Part shown: piece by piece, positions 24,578 through 35,130 of the stretch
Numbering within the stretch: the stretch's first letter is position 1
Layout: each line of letters opens with the position of its first letter
Assembly: GCA_031835245.2 (NCBI GenBank)
Contig: JAVKOQ020000040.1
Span: 1 to 64,000, forward strand
Length of the DNA: 64,000 nucleotides
Reading direction: 5' to 3'
Source of the DNA: Balamuthia mandrillaris
Lineage: Eukaryota
The notes under the pieces: model-generated
Told to the model about the DNA's origin: nothing
Seen by the model: only the letters and a program-made list of their open reading frames with translations
The model's database searches: none
Position numbers and translations under genes: made by a program

Positions 24578-26513
24578 CTTGCAGGTTTTCCAGTTGCCAC
24601 ACCCATCGAACCACCATCTCCAAGGCCATCTTTTGTTGAGGTGTGGGTTGTTGTTCCTCCAACTCCTCCTTCAGACAACTCTCCATCAGCAAGCCCACCT
24701 CCTCTTGAGACCACCGATTGCAGAAGGAGGTTCGCTCGTCCTCTTGACTCTCTGTGTATGCATAAAGAGCTCCACGATCTTCTTTGGCAGCTGCAGCTTG
24801 TTGTTCTAGTATTCTGCTATCCAACTCCAGCTGCTCAATGGCGACGGCCATGCTGGCCGCCTGAGTAGCAGGGAAGTGAGAAAGGCTTGCCTCTATGTAG
24901 CTAACCTGTGGTAGGTTGTTGTTGTGGTTGTGGTTGTTATTATTGTTTTCATCATCATCATCATCATCATCATCATCTTGTAACTCGTCACCATCTATTT
25001 GGCTGTTACCTTCTTTTTCTTTTTCTTTTTCTTGTTCATTTTCTTCTAGGTTGGCGTTTTCGAAAGAAGAAGGAGAAGAGGAAGAAGCAGCAGCAGCAGT
25101 AGAAGAATCAGAAGCAAAGAAGGAGTTCATCCACTCTTCCAGGTTGGAGAGATAGGTATGACAAGCTTCGGTCTTGGGATCAGGAGCATCTCCTCTTGCC
25201 TTGATGCGTAACTCCTCAATCACAGCCTTTGCTTTTTGAAGGGCAGCTTCCTCTTCCTCATTGATGATGGTGCTTGCATGCTCATCCCCTTTTGTTCTTT
25301 CACCCTCCGTATCCGCATCATCATTCACCCCCTGGCGGCGAGCAGCAGCTTGAGTTTCTGCTTGGTTCCAGCTAACCACGGCTCGTGTGCGCCATTTGCG
25401 AGTCATCTCTTTGGCCAGAGAGGTGATGTTCATGCCAAGACTCACGTTGTGGATCCAACGAAGATAGCAGGACCCCACAAAGCTGCCCTCTGCTCGCAAC
25501 GCTTTCATCCATTGCAACAAAGACGCGTAGGAAGGGTCCACTGGCTGCTCCTCTGACCACGGGCGAAAGACAGCGGTGATGTAATGTGCCCAATGCTCAG
25601 CAGCACGTCTCCAAGAGGGCTTGTCTCGGAAGGAACCCGCAGGGAAGCGGGGTGCAGGACGGCCTGCCAAGATGGGAATTTGTTGTTTGGATCGCAGCTT
25701 TTGGTGGTGAGTCTGATAGTTAGGATGTGAAGGTGCAAAGGCAAAGATCCGGCTGGCCTTTCTTCCTGCTGCATGTCGTTCTGGAGAAGAGGTGGAGGAG
25801 GAGGAGGAGATGGAGGAAGAAGAAGAAGAAGAAGAAGAAGAAGAGAGTGAAGGCGTCTTTGTGCTTGTTTTGGGTTGGATGACAATGAGTGCACAATAGA
25901 GGTAGAAGCTGAGGTCGGCCAGTTCTTTGCCACGATGCAGATAATTGGTTGCTTGGTTCACAATGTAAGGTTTATGAGTTTCCTTACAGTAATAAACTTG
26001 GCCTACTCCTTCATCTTCCTCTTCCATCTGTTGTTGTTGTTGTTGTTGTTGTTGGTTTGATGAAGTCCAGGAGAACAAGTCTTCAAAGATGTTTATCTCT
26101 TCATTTGCTTTTGTTGTTTCTTGTTCTTCTAATTCTTCTTGTTCTTCTTGTTCTTCTTGTTCTTCTTGTTCTTGTTCTTCTTCTTCTTCTTCTTCTTCTT
26201 TTTCCTCTTTTTCTTTTTCTTTCTCTTTCTCTTTTTCTTGCTTTTCTTCTTCTTCCTCATTATCATCATCTCCTGGTTCCAAGAAGCCCTTTGCTCTGGC
26301 AAGACGGACCAAAGCCTTTACACCAGACCAAGCAAAACAAAACCATGTCTCATGGCTTTTAATGGTAGCATTATAGCCTAAGAGAATGGACATTGCTTGT
26401 GTTGCAGAAATCTGTTGAAACACAAACAAAAGAAAACAAAACAGGATAGGTGGCTTAAGATAATGGTGGGATAATAATAATAACAATAATAACAACAACA
26501 ATAATAATAACAA

Positions 26514-26577
<64 letters not shown>

Positions 26578-28731
26578 AAATAAAATAATAAACAAACCTC
26601 GCAACTTCCACTCAAATTGTTTGCAAGACGTGTGATAAGGTGCTGTCCTGTTCGCTCTGGCGTGCCCGAGTCATCTGCTTGAGAAGGATACTTGTGCACG
26701 GTTCGAAGTGCCTCATGGAAGAGGGAAAGAGAGTTGGTGATGGCCACCGCATCCTTGGTCACGTACTTGACCAGGTAGAAGACTACAGGACGTGCTTGTG
26801 CTTGAGCGCCCAGCAAAGCACAGTTGGTGTTGCAACCGGTGGCGTTGGCCAGCGCTCCTGAGAACTCGGCCACCTTCCCATCCTCAAGCAGCGGTCTTTG
26901 GGTCTCATAGATGATAAAGCGTTCATCTGGAGGAGGAAACGGTTCGCCAGGGTTGATACGCAAACATGGAGGAGGAGGAATGGGTTCATCCGTTTTCTCT
27001 GTTGGCATGCTTTCACCCTCCTTCATTTCGATCCACACTGGACGAGTCCTCTCCTGCACAGCACGATCAAAGCCCAGCCGACAGTAATACTGCCCATACA
27101 TCCCTTTACGACAGGTAGCGCTGTGGGTGTGAATTTGGGTGGCATCTGCAACATGAAACACGCGTTGACGGTAAGCACGCTCCAAGATTGGGTTTTCAGG
27201 AATAATGGGCATGTATAATCCTGCTCGATACACAGGGCCCTTTTCTTCTCGTCGCTTTTTTCCTTTTTTTTTTTTGTTTTTGTTTTTGGTTTTGTTTTTG
27301 GTTTTTTGTTTTTTGTTTGTTTGTTTGAAAGAAAGGATTATTATCATTCATTATTAAAAGAGAAAAGAAACAAAAAGAAAAGAAAAGAAAAGAAAAGAAA
27401 AGAAAAGAAAAGAAATAGAGGTGGTTACCTTCTTCATGGATATAGGCAGGCAAGCAAGAGAGAATCATGCTGTCAATGACAGCACAAACTCGTTCCACCA
27501 GCTCTTGATGATGAGCCACACTTTGGAGAAGCTGTGGCGGTAGGCCTCCCCACACCAAGGCGTGCAAATGCAAAGACCCACGCCCTTGCGTCTCAAACAC
27601 TCCGTAGTAAGCCACTGGGGTTCCCAAGATGCCCTTGGTCCGTGCAGAAACCGGCGGAAAAGAGCGTTTCTTCTTGCCTTGGTGGATGCCAAACAGGTCT
27701 TCCATCACCGCCTCAATCAAGCGATGGAAGAACTGCGCTGCTGCTGCTGGATTACGGGCCAGGATCTGGGCTCGTGCTCGATAGTTTGGCATGGGAATGT
27801 GAAGCTCTATAGCTTCCTCCTCTTCCTCTTTTCCTCTTTCTCCTCCTCCACTGCCGCCGCCGCCACCACTGCCGCCGCCACCGCTGCTGCTTCCACCGGG
27901 CCACGCATTGGAAAGGCGAAGCACCATGGGCGCGCTGATGTCGTCTGGAGAGATAGTCAGGAAGAAAGAAGGCATGCCAAAGCACTGAACCATGCCGTAG
28001 AGTTGACAGAGGCAGTGGCGTCGCTGAGCAGGACCAAAGGGCACCTTCTCTCCAGCCATATGAATATGAGGAAGCAAGAGGCTCATGATCCGTTTGGCCT
28101 CTTTGCTGTCTGGGGCCTGGATGGCCTCCTTCAGTCTCTGCTTGAAACCCGGCTCTGTTACCACGCTGGTGAATGCCGCGATAGAACTGGGATTGGCTTT
28201 GACCTTGGCGGCCACGCACCGGCAGGCCGTGTGGCGGACCAGCTGGTTGAAGAGCAGAAAGGCCAAGGAGGTGCTGTGCGCAAAGCGCAAAGAGAAATGG
28301 CGCATCAGAGAAGAAGTCCAAGAAATGGAAAGAGAGCCTTTCCCTGGAACGCCTTCCCCAAGGACAAAGAGCCAAGGGAAGGCTGCCGTGATGAGGTAGT
28401 CGTTTTGACCAAACTCGTTGATTGGCTCGCTCTCCCATCGTGCAACGATGGTGTTCTTCTTCTTCGTTTTCTTGCTGTGACTTGCTGCTTTGTCACCTTT
28501 CTCCTGCTCTGTGTGCTCGTTAGTGCCCTCTTCACCGCCATCTGCATCATCAGCATCAGCATCATCATCATCAATGGCCTTTGCAATGCTTCTTAAGACT
28601 TGTGCTTCAATGGGGTGATCAGAGACCTATAAAAATGTGAATGAGAAAAGAGAAACAAGAGAGAAATAGAGAGAGAGGACACGAGAGAACATGAGAGAGA
28701 GAGAGAGAGAGAGGACATAAAAAAGAGAGAG

Positions 28732-28774
<43 letters not shown>

Positions 28775-29487
28775 TAATAAATACATACTTGATGAAGAAT
28801 GCGGTTGGTGAGCATCACGTCTTGCAGTCCTGCACTGGCCTCATCTGCTTCTGCATCATCGGGATGGCCTTCTGGGTGAGGACGCGTCCTTGCCACATTG
28901 GAGTTGGAGCACTGTTCAATGCTCAATGTCTCCTCATCCTCAATGCAATGCGTGGTATCCAACAGCCGGTCAGGAATGGCTTGAAGCTGCTGGTTCAGCT
29001 CCTCATCAAAGTCCAGCACTCTGATGTCCTCATACAAGGGGTGCACTTGCTTCAAGACTTCCAACCACCGCTGCACCACCCCCACGCGAACTCTCAAAGC
29101 CTCCAGCCCATCACTCAGCTCGGGTTGACGTTCTCGCCAGGCGGTTGTTGTGGAACGAAACCTCTGCCACGTCTCCTTGGTTCCCAGAAAAACCACGCTG
29201 AGCATGTCTGTCACATCAACGGAGGGCAGGGTCTTGGCCAGTTGAACGGGGCCATCGTGGGGAAGAGCAATGACATGCCCAGAGAGGGCCTGTTGTTGGG
29301 TGCTTTTATCCATGCCTATCAACTTGATGCAGTGGCTGAACACTCTGACCGGCGCGATGATGGCTTTCTCCACCAAGGTCAGCTCTGGCAAGCCTAGTCT
29401 TTCTGGACAGCCCAAGTCACCCGAGTTGGCAATGGAGTAAGTCGGCAGCTTGTCCTTTTATTTATTTTTTATTTATTTTTGGTTTGT

Positions 29488-29559
<72 letters not shown>

Positions 29560-31427
29560 AAGAGAGAAAGAGAGAGAGAAGACCAAACCTTGCTGATTGC
29601 TGTTCTACATGGAAAACAAAGAGTGGCCTTGTTGTCTTTTACTTGCTCCTTGTACAAGTAATAGCCCTCCCCGTTCCACTCTGTCACCGTGAAAATGTCT
29701 TTCAGGCGATGCTCCTTCCAATCCGTGAAGGCATCAGGGTCAAGCTTGAGAAGAGAGAGCTCAGCCATGGGAACTTCACGATAGCACTCCTTTGGCGGCA
29801 CCACTGCATCAAAGTCCTTCGTCCCACAAGCAGCACAGATGTGCATCGGTGCGTTGAAGTCCATCTTCTTGTTGAACTCTCTCGTTCTTTGGGCGATCCG
29901 TTCCGTCGTCACCGTCTCCTCCTCAATCTCTTCGCACAGCTTCTCTGTGGCCTCGTCCATCGTCTCTTGTAGTGGTGGTGGTTCTGCGAGGTAGAAACGG
30001 CCGTAGCCTGTGCTCTCGCAGAAGAAGGAGATGGCACAAGCGACATCTCGCTCGTAGTTTTCCAACTGCTCCGCTGTTGGGGGCTGTCGTTGCGTCAACG
30101 TGGCCTGGTTGTTTTGCCTCCTTTCCCAATCCACACGCTCTAACTCCCGTTTGCGTCGCTTTCGTTGTTCATTCCTTTCTGCTGTTGCTTCTTTTTGTTG
30201 CTCCGCCTGTTGGTTGCATTGTCTTTCAGTCCTCCTTTTCCTCTTTCTTGCTTCCTGAGCTTCTTTCTGTTCTTGTGGCATTTGTTGTTGGCGGAGTTGT
30301 TCACATCTGCGTTTCCTTGTATTTTCGGCTTCTTTTTGTTCGGGTGTTTGATTTGCTCGTTGTTGTTGTTTTTGCTCTTTTCTCTTTTCTTTTTGTGCTC
30401 TCTGCTCTTGGGACGTCATTCTTTGTTTTCGTTGTTGCTCTTGCTCTTTCTTCTTTTCCCTTTGTGCTATCTGCTCTTGGGGCGTCATTCTTTCTTTTTG
30501 TTGTTGCTTTTGCTCTTTCTTCTTTTCTCTTTGTGCTGTCTGCTCTTGGGGTGTCATTCTTTCTTTTCGTTGTTGCTCTTGCTCTTTCTTCTTTTCCCTT
30601 TGTGCTATCTGCTCTTGGGGCGTCATTCTTTGCTTTCGTTGTTGCTCTTGCTCTTTCTTCTTTTCCCTTTGTGCTGTCTTCTCTTGGGGCGTCATTTTTT
30701 GCTTTCGTTGTTGCTCTTGCTCTTTCTTCTTTTCCCTTTGTGCTGTCTGCTCTTGGGGCGTCATTCTTTGTTTTCGTTGTTGCTCTTGCTCTTTCTTCTT
30801 TTCCCTTTGTGCTGTCTGCTCTTGGGGTGTCATTCTTTGTTTTCGTTGTTGCGCTTGTTCCTTTCTTCTTGCTCTGAGGGTCGCAAGTTGTTCAGGAGAC
30901 ATACTTTGTTGTCGCCGTTTGTATCGTTCCAGGTTTTTTTCTCTTTCAACTTGCTTTTGTTCTTCCGTCATTGCTGCTCTCTTCTCTCGTTTTCTTTTCC
31001 GGTCTATTGCAAGCTTTTCCTCCTTTGTTCGTGGCGGAACTGCTCTACTTTGTTTTTCAAGTGGTGGAGACTCGGTAGATGATGTTTGTGTGTTCACACT
31101 TGGGGTTTGTGAGAGCTCGGTGGGGGTTTGAGGTTGTTGTTGCTGTTGCTGTGTGGAAGGAAAGGTTTGGAGATACAAATGTCTTCGAAGAGGATACTGC
31201 GCTATTGCAGCTTGGCGTTCCACAGGAGTTAACAGTAAAAGGGGTAAGGGTGATGATGAAGGAAAAGATGTCAAAGAGGTTAATAAAGATGCAGGTGGTG
31301 CAGATGACGCAGATGACGCAGACAACATCGATGACGCAGATGACGCAGATGACACATATGATGCAGATGACACAGATGATGCAGAAAACGTAGAAGATGC
31401 AGAAAACATAGAAGACGCAAAAGACAT
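22338..31427 (-). CDS. Helitron RepHel transposase (HUH Rep + Pif1-family SF1 helicase), 5 exons
   Basis: Exons about 31427-29589, 29454-28789, 28626-27429, 27262-26598 and 26411-22338 join in frame at GT-AG sites. Cys pairs CAACG..CFPC, DUF6570-like LPELTLVEKAIIA, Rep motifs FFLTISPDD, ETQGRGSLHLHALVW, YLVKYVTK; helicase motifs HGGPGTGKT, LIDEVSMV, GDMFQIPPV, FAMTFNKAQGATL, YVGLSRVR. The start may lie further upstream. Confidence 0.93.
30350..30860 (-). repeat. 60-bp coding tandem repeat (~8 copies; MTPQEQTAQREKKKEQEQQRKQR-like) in the RepHel N-terminus
   Basis: Near-identical units such as TGCTCTTGGGGCGTCATTCTTTGTTTTCGTTGTTGCTCTTGCTCTTTCTTC recur with a period of roughly 60-70 bp. Confidence 0.85.
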
Positions 31428-31750
31428 AGAAGACGCAGAAGACGTAGAAGACGCAGAAGACGTAGAAAAGGCAGAAGATGTAGAAGACGCAGAAGACGTA
31501 GAAGACGCAGAAGACGCAGAAGACGCAGAAGACGCAGAAGACGCAGAAGACGCAGAAGACGCAGAAGACGCAGAAGACGCAGAAGACGCAGAAGACGCAG
31601 AAGACGTAGAAGACGCAGAAGATGTAGAAGACGCAGAAGACGCAGAAGATGAAGAAAAGGCAGAAGACGTAGAAGACGTAGAAGACGTAGAAGACGCAGA
31701 AGACGCAGAAGACTCAGAAGACGCAGAAGACGTAGAAAAGGCAGAAGATG
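31300..31750. repeat. 9-bp minisatellite (GAAGACGCA)n
   Basis: Directly visible; reads (SSA)n on the minus strand in the RepHel frame. Confidence 0.95.
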
Positions 31751-32249
31751 TAAAAGAAAAAAAAAGAGCAAGTAGTTGGTGGTGAATTGCTTGTTATTTG
31801 CTAGGCAGAACAAACAAATCAAAACAAACGAAAAGAAAAGGCAACAAAGGGAAAGAAAAGGCAACAAAAGGAGAACCGAAGTCTGCTTCTTTGACGCGTG
31901 CTGTACATTTTCGTGTGATTCTTTTTCTCTCCTTCAGTCTCCAGGAGCGTGTTTTTCTTCACTTTTTCTCCTCGTTTCTCTTTGTTTCTCTTCGTTGCTC
32001 TTTCTTCGGTTTTGGTGGCTGAGGTCAGCGCAGACGGAGGAGGCGGACGGCTGGCGGAGAGCGGAGACACAGGGTTTGTCTACAAAAAAGAAAATGAAAT
32101 GAAAGGGAAAAACGCGCAAAAGAGAAAAGGGAAAAGGCAAAGAGGCAAAGTAGACAAAAAAGAGCCGCGGCAGAGTCAAAAAAATAAAAGTCGACATGTC
32201 GGGATTAATTTCTGAAGGACCCTCTTACTCTAGCGAGTAAATTCGGGAA

Positions 32250-32585
32250 TGAAATCGCTCCTTTGCGTCGCTGGGGCCCGAATTTACTGCGGCCTTTGGC
32301 CGCCTGCCTGGTTTGCAGGAAGAGCAGTGCAAATGGGGTAGAAAAGGGAAAAGGAAAAAAGGGGAAGTGAGGTAAGCAAATCTCCTAAAATAGTCATGGC
32401 TGAGGTCAGCGCAGACGGAGGAGGCGGATGGCTGGCGGAGAGCGGAGACACAGGGTTTGTCTACAAAAAAGAAAATGAAATGAAAGGGAAAAACGCAGAG
32501 AAAAGAAAAGGGAAAAGTCAAAGAGGGAAAAAAGACAAAAAAGAACCGCGGCAGAGTCAAAAAAATAAAAGTCGACATGTCGGGA
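32250..32585 (-). mobile_element. Non-autonomous deletion derivative of the Helitron, 5'-truncated copy (336 bp)
   Basis: 32250-32304 matches 18747-18801; 32397-32585 matches the segment starting at 32016 but stops at GTCGGGA, ~45 bp before the terminus. Confidence 0.88.
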
Positions 32586-32969
32586 TGAAATCGCTCCTTT
32601 GCGTCGCTGGGGCCCGAATTTACTGCGGCCTTTGGCCGCATGCCTGGTTTGCAGGAAGAGCAGTGCAAATGTGGTAGAAAAGGGGAAAGGAAAAAAGGGG
32701 AGAAGTGAGGTAAGCAAATCTCCTAAAATAGTCATGGCTGAGGTCAGCGCAGACGGAGGAGGCGGACGGCGGGCGGAGAGCGGAGACACAGGGTTTGTCT
32801 ACAAAAAAGAAAATGAAATGAAAGGGAAAAACGCGCAAAAGAGAAAAGGGAAAAGTCAAAGAGGGAAAAAAGACAAAAAAGAGCCGCAGCAGAGTCAAAA
32901 AAATAAAAGTCGACATGTCGGGATTAATTTCTGAAGGACCCTCTTACTCTAGTCGAGTAAATTCGGGAA
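32586..32969 (-). mobile_element. Non-autonomous deletion derivative of the Helitron, complete copy (~384 bp)
   Basis: Has both ends: TGAAATCGC..CCCGAATTTACT plus hairpin on the left, and TTACTCTAGTCGAGTAAATTCGGGAA on the right (inverted repeat at 32956-32967). Confidence 0.9.
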
Positions 32970-33387
32970 ACATCTATAGGTTAGAACACCCACCAACATG
33001 TTTAACATTGTTCCGCTAGACTAAGTTTTAAAACAACAAAACAAACAAACCTTTTCAAGGGCAACCAACGTTGCTGCAGCAGGAGCTAGTGTCCCTTTTA
33101 GAACGATTGGAAGCAAAGATCAAAAACGGCCGCAAAATGGCTTCCAAGTTCCAACCGCGCTAGAGGGAACGACAGGGAAGAGAACAGGTCACCTTTGGCA
33201 TCCGTTCCTGCCGTTTTCTCTTTGGGCGCGATGAACCTTGTTCTTGTTCCCTTGTGTCTTGTCCCCTTTCCTTCCTTGGCTTTGGTGAGCAGGTCGTTAG
33301 GCCCTCGCTACTGCTCATGGCTACCTCACAGGTGCCACTCCATTATCTTTACGTCAGAACAAAATAAAAATACCAAAGAATTGAGAG

Positions 33388-35049
33388 ATGAGGGCAACAA
33401 ACCGGAGCCATGAATCCCCGCAGGCGGTGCGTCAGCGGAGCAGACACGTCCAAGAACGACAACGCCCGCCCCTTTTTTCTAAGAACACGGTGCACATCGA
33501 CGCTTGTACGTACATAAAATCACAATCGATTTGATTGTGATTTGTTTGCCAAATCAGCACTCACTCGATTGGTGTTTGCAGTGTCAGTGTTGAGTTATAA
33601 CGTGTTGGCGGTGAGGTACGCTAGAAAGGGATGGCTCCCTCATGCCAGTCGCAAAGTGTTGGACCCCAACTACCGTCGCCACAACCTGCTTCGTGAGATA
33701 CTCGATGCCCACGCCGACATCCTCTGTCTGCAGGTTTGTTTTTGATTTATTTTTTTGTTTTGCTCCTTTCTTTCTTTCTTCTTTTCTTATTTATAAAAAA
33801 GGAGGTAGATGAGTTCGAGAAAGAATGGAGAGAGCCGCTAGAACAAGCCGGCTATGAGTGTCAGTACAAGCACCGAACGGGCGGCCGCAAGGACGGCTGC
33901 TTGATAGCTTATCTCGCTCGCAAGTTTCGTTTGGTGGAGCGACGCGGCGTCAACTTCAACACCATCGGCAAGAAGGCGAAACGACGCTCGTTTCTCACTC
34001 AGAACGTGGCCCTTATGGTAGAGCTGCAACAGTTATGCAACAACCACGAGAAAGAAGCAAGGAACGAAGAAGAGAGAGAAGGAGAAGGAGAAGAAAGCGG
34101 AACATCATTGGTGGTGGCTTGTGTGCATTTGAATTGGGAGTGGGAGGATCTGAAGTTGCTACAAACGCTGAAATTGATGGAGGAACTGACTTCCTTTCGA
34201 GGCAAGTACATCCATCAGAAGAAGGAGAACAGAGAGCCGCTCCTCCCTCTTCTATTATGCGGAGACTTCAACGCCATGCCTCCGTCTTGTTGCGGCAGAA
34301 CAAACAAGCACGAGAACGAAACCCACAACGAAACCGAACACAAAAGCAAAAATGAAAACGGAAAGCGGAACACAGAGGAGGGTGATGAACACGAGAAACA
34401 GGAGAAAGAAGAGGAGGAGCACACACAGAAGGAAAAAGAAAAGGGGACGGAAAAAGAAGAGAAGGAGGAAAAAGAGGAGAAAAACAATGGAACGGACAAA
34501 GCTAACCAGATGGAAACGGAAATAGATGGAGAGGTTTATCAAATGCTGACTACTGGTGTCATTGACTTGTCAGGATTGGCCCCAAAACTTCGACAGAGAC
34601 TTCGTTTGCCATTGCATGTAACGCTGGCGCAACACAAAGGACACAAAGGAGAAAGTAACGAAGAGCCTACAAAGAGCAGAACAAACACGAAGACAAAACA
34701 GCAAAAGAGGAAGCTTCCTTCTGTAGCAAGCGCCTACAAAGAGGTGTTGGGAATGGAGCCACCTTTCACCAACCGAAAGCCCAACTTTCGTGGTACCTTG
34801 GACTACATATTTTACAGTCGAGACTCGGAAGAAGCAGGAGAAGGAGAGCAAGAAGGAACTCTTCTGGTGCCGACGGCTGTGTTGGATGTCCCTTCGGAGA
34901 AGCTTGTATTGGAACTTGGAGCATTGCCCAATCGTGTGTGGTCCAGCGACCACCTCATGCTCTGGGCCAGCTTTCTCGTTCTTCAACGTTGCGGCCATAC
35001 TGACACGAAACAAGCAATAACCAACAAGCTCAACAACAGCAGTGAATGA
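33388..35049 (+). CDS. EEP-superfamily phosphoesterase, CCR4/nocturnin/Angel/PDE12-like
   Basis: SYNVLA, DILCLQEVD (spliced), DGCLIAY, CGDFNA, TLDYIFY and SSDHL motifs; two short introns near 33507-33581 and 33734-33800. Confidence 0.88.
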
Positions 35050-35130
35050 AGACACGGGACGACGTAAAAATATCAACACTATAACAAAGATGGACACTAT
35101 ATAACACGAAAATGAAAAGATTTTCTCCTC

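Larger units (their letters stand above)
18747..32249 (-). mobile_element. Autonomous-type Helitron2/Helentron-like rolling-circle transposon (~13.5 kb, three genes)
   Basis: Encodes HUH Rep + Pif1 helicase. 12-bp inverted repeats CCCGAATTTACT (18774-18785, ~27 bp inside one end) and AGTAAATTCGGG (32236-32247, at the other end). Hairpins GCGGCC-TTC-GGCCGC (18786-18800) and TTACTC-TAGC-GAGTAA (32225-32240). Ends lie in T runs on the element strand with no target duplication seen, and are independently defined by the tandem short copies. Confidence 0.9.

Noticed and set aside
27562..31082. Long plus-strand ORFs (27562..28596, 29972..30877, 30165..31082)
   Set aside because: Antisense shadows of RepHel exons and their repeats.
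31153..31867. ORFs 31153..31785 (+, EDA repeats) and 31280..31867 (-, LLR repeats)
   Set aside because: Alternative-frame readings of the 9-bp minisatellite with no independent coding evidence.
18747..32969. Canonical Helitron ends (5'-TC ... CTRR-3' in an AT target)
   Set aside because: The 3' end defined by three copies reads GAGCGATTTCA, not CTRR, and asymmetric inverted repeats are present.
33388..35049. EEP gene as the Helentron AP endonuclease
   Set aside because: It lies outside the terminal repeats, on the opposite strand, and its motifs fit the CCR4/nocturnin-like subgroup.
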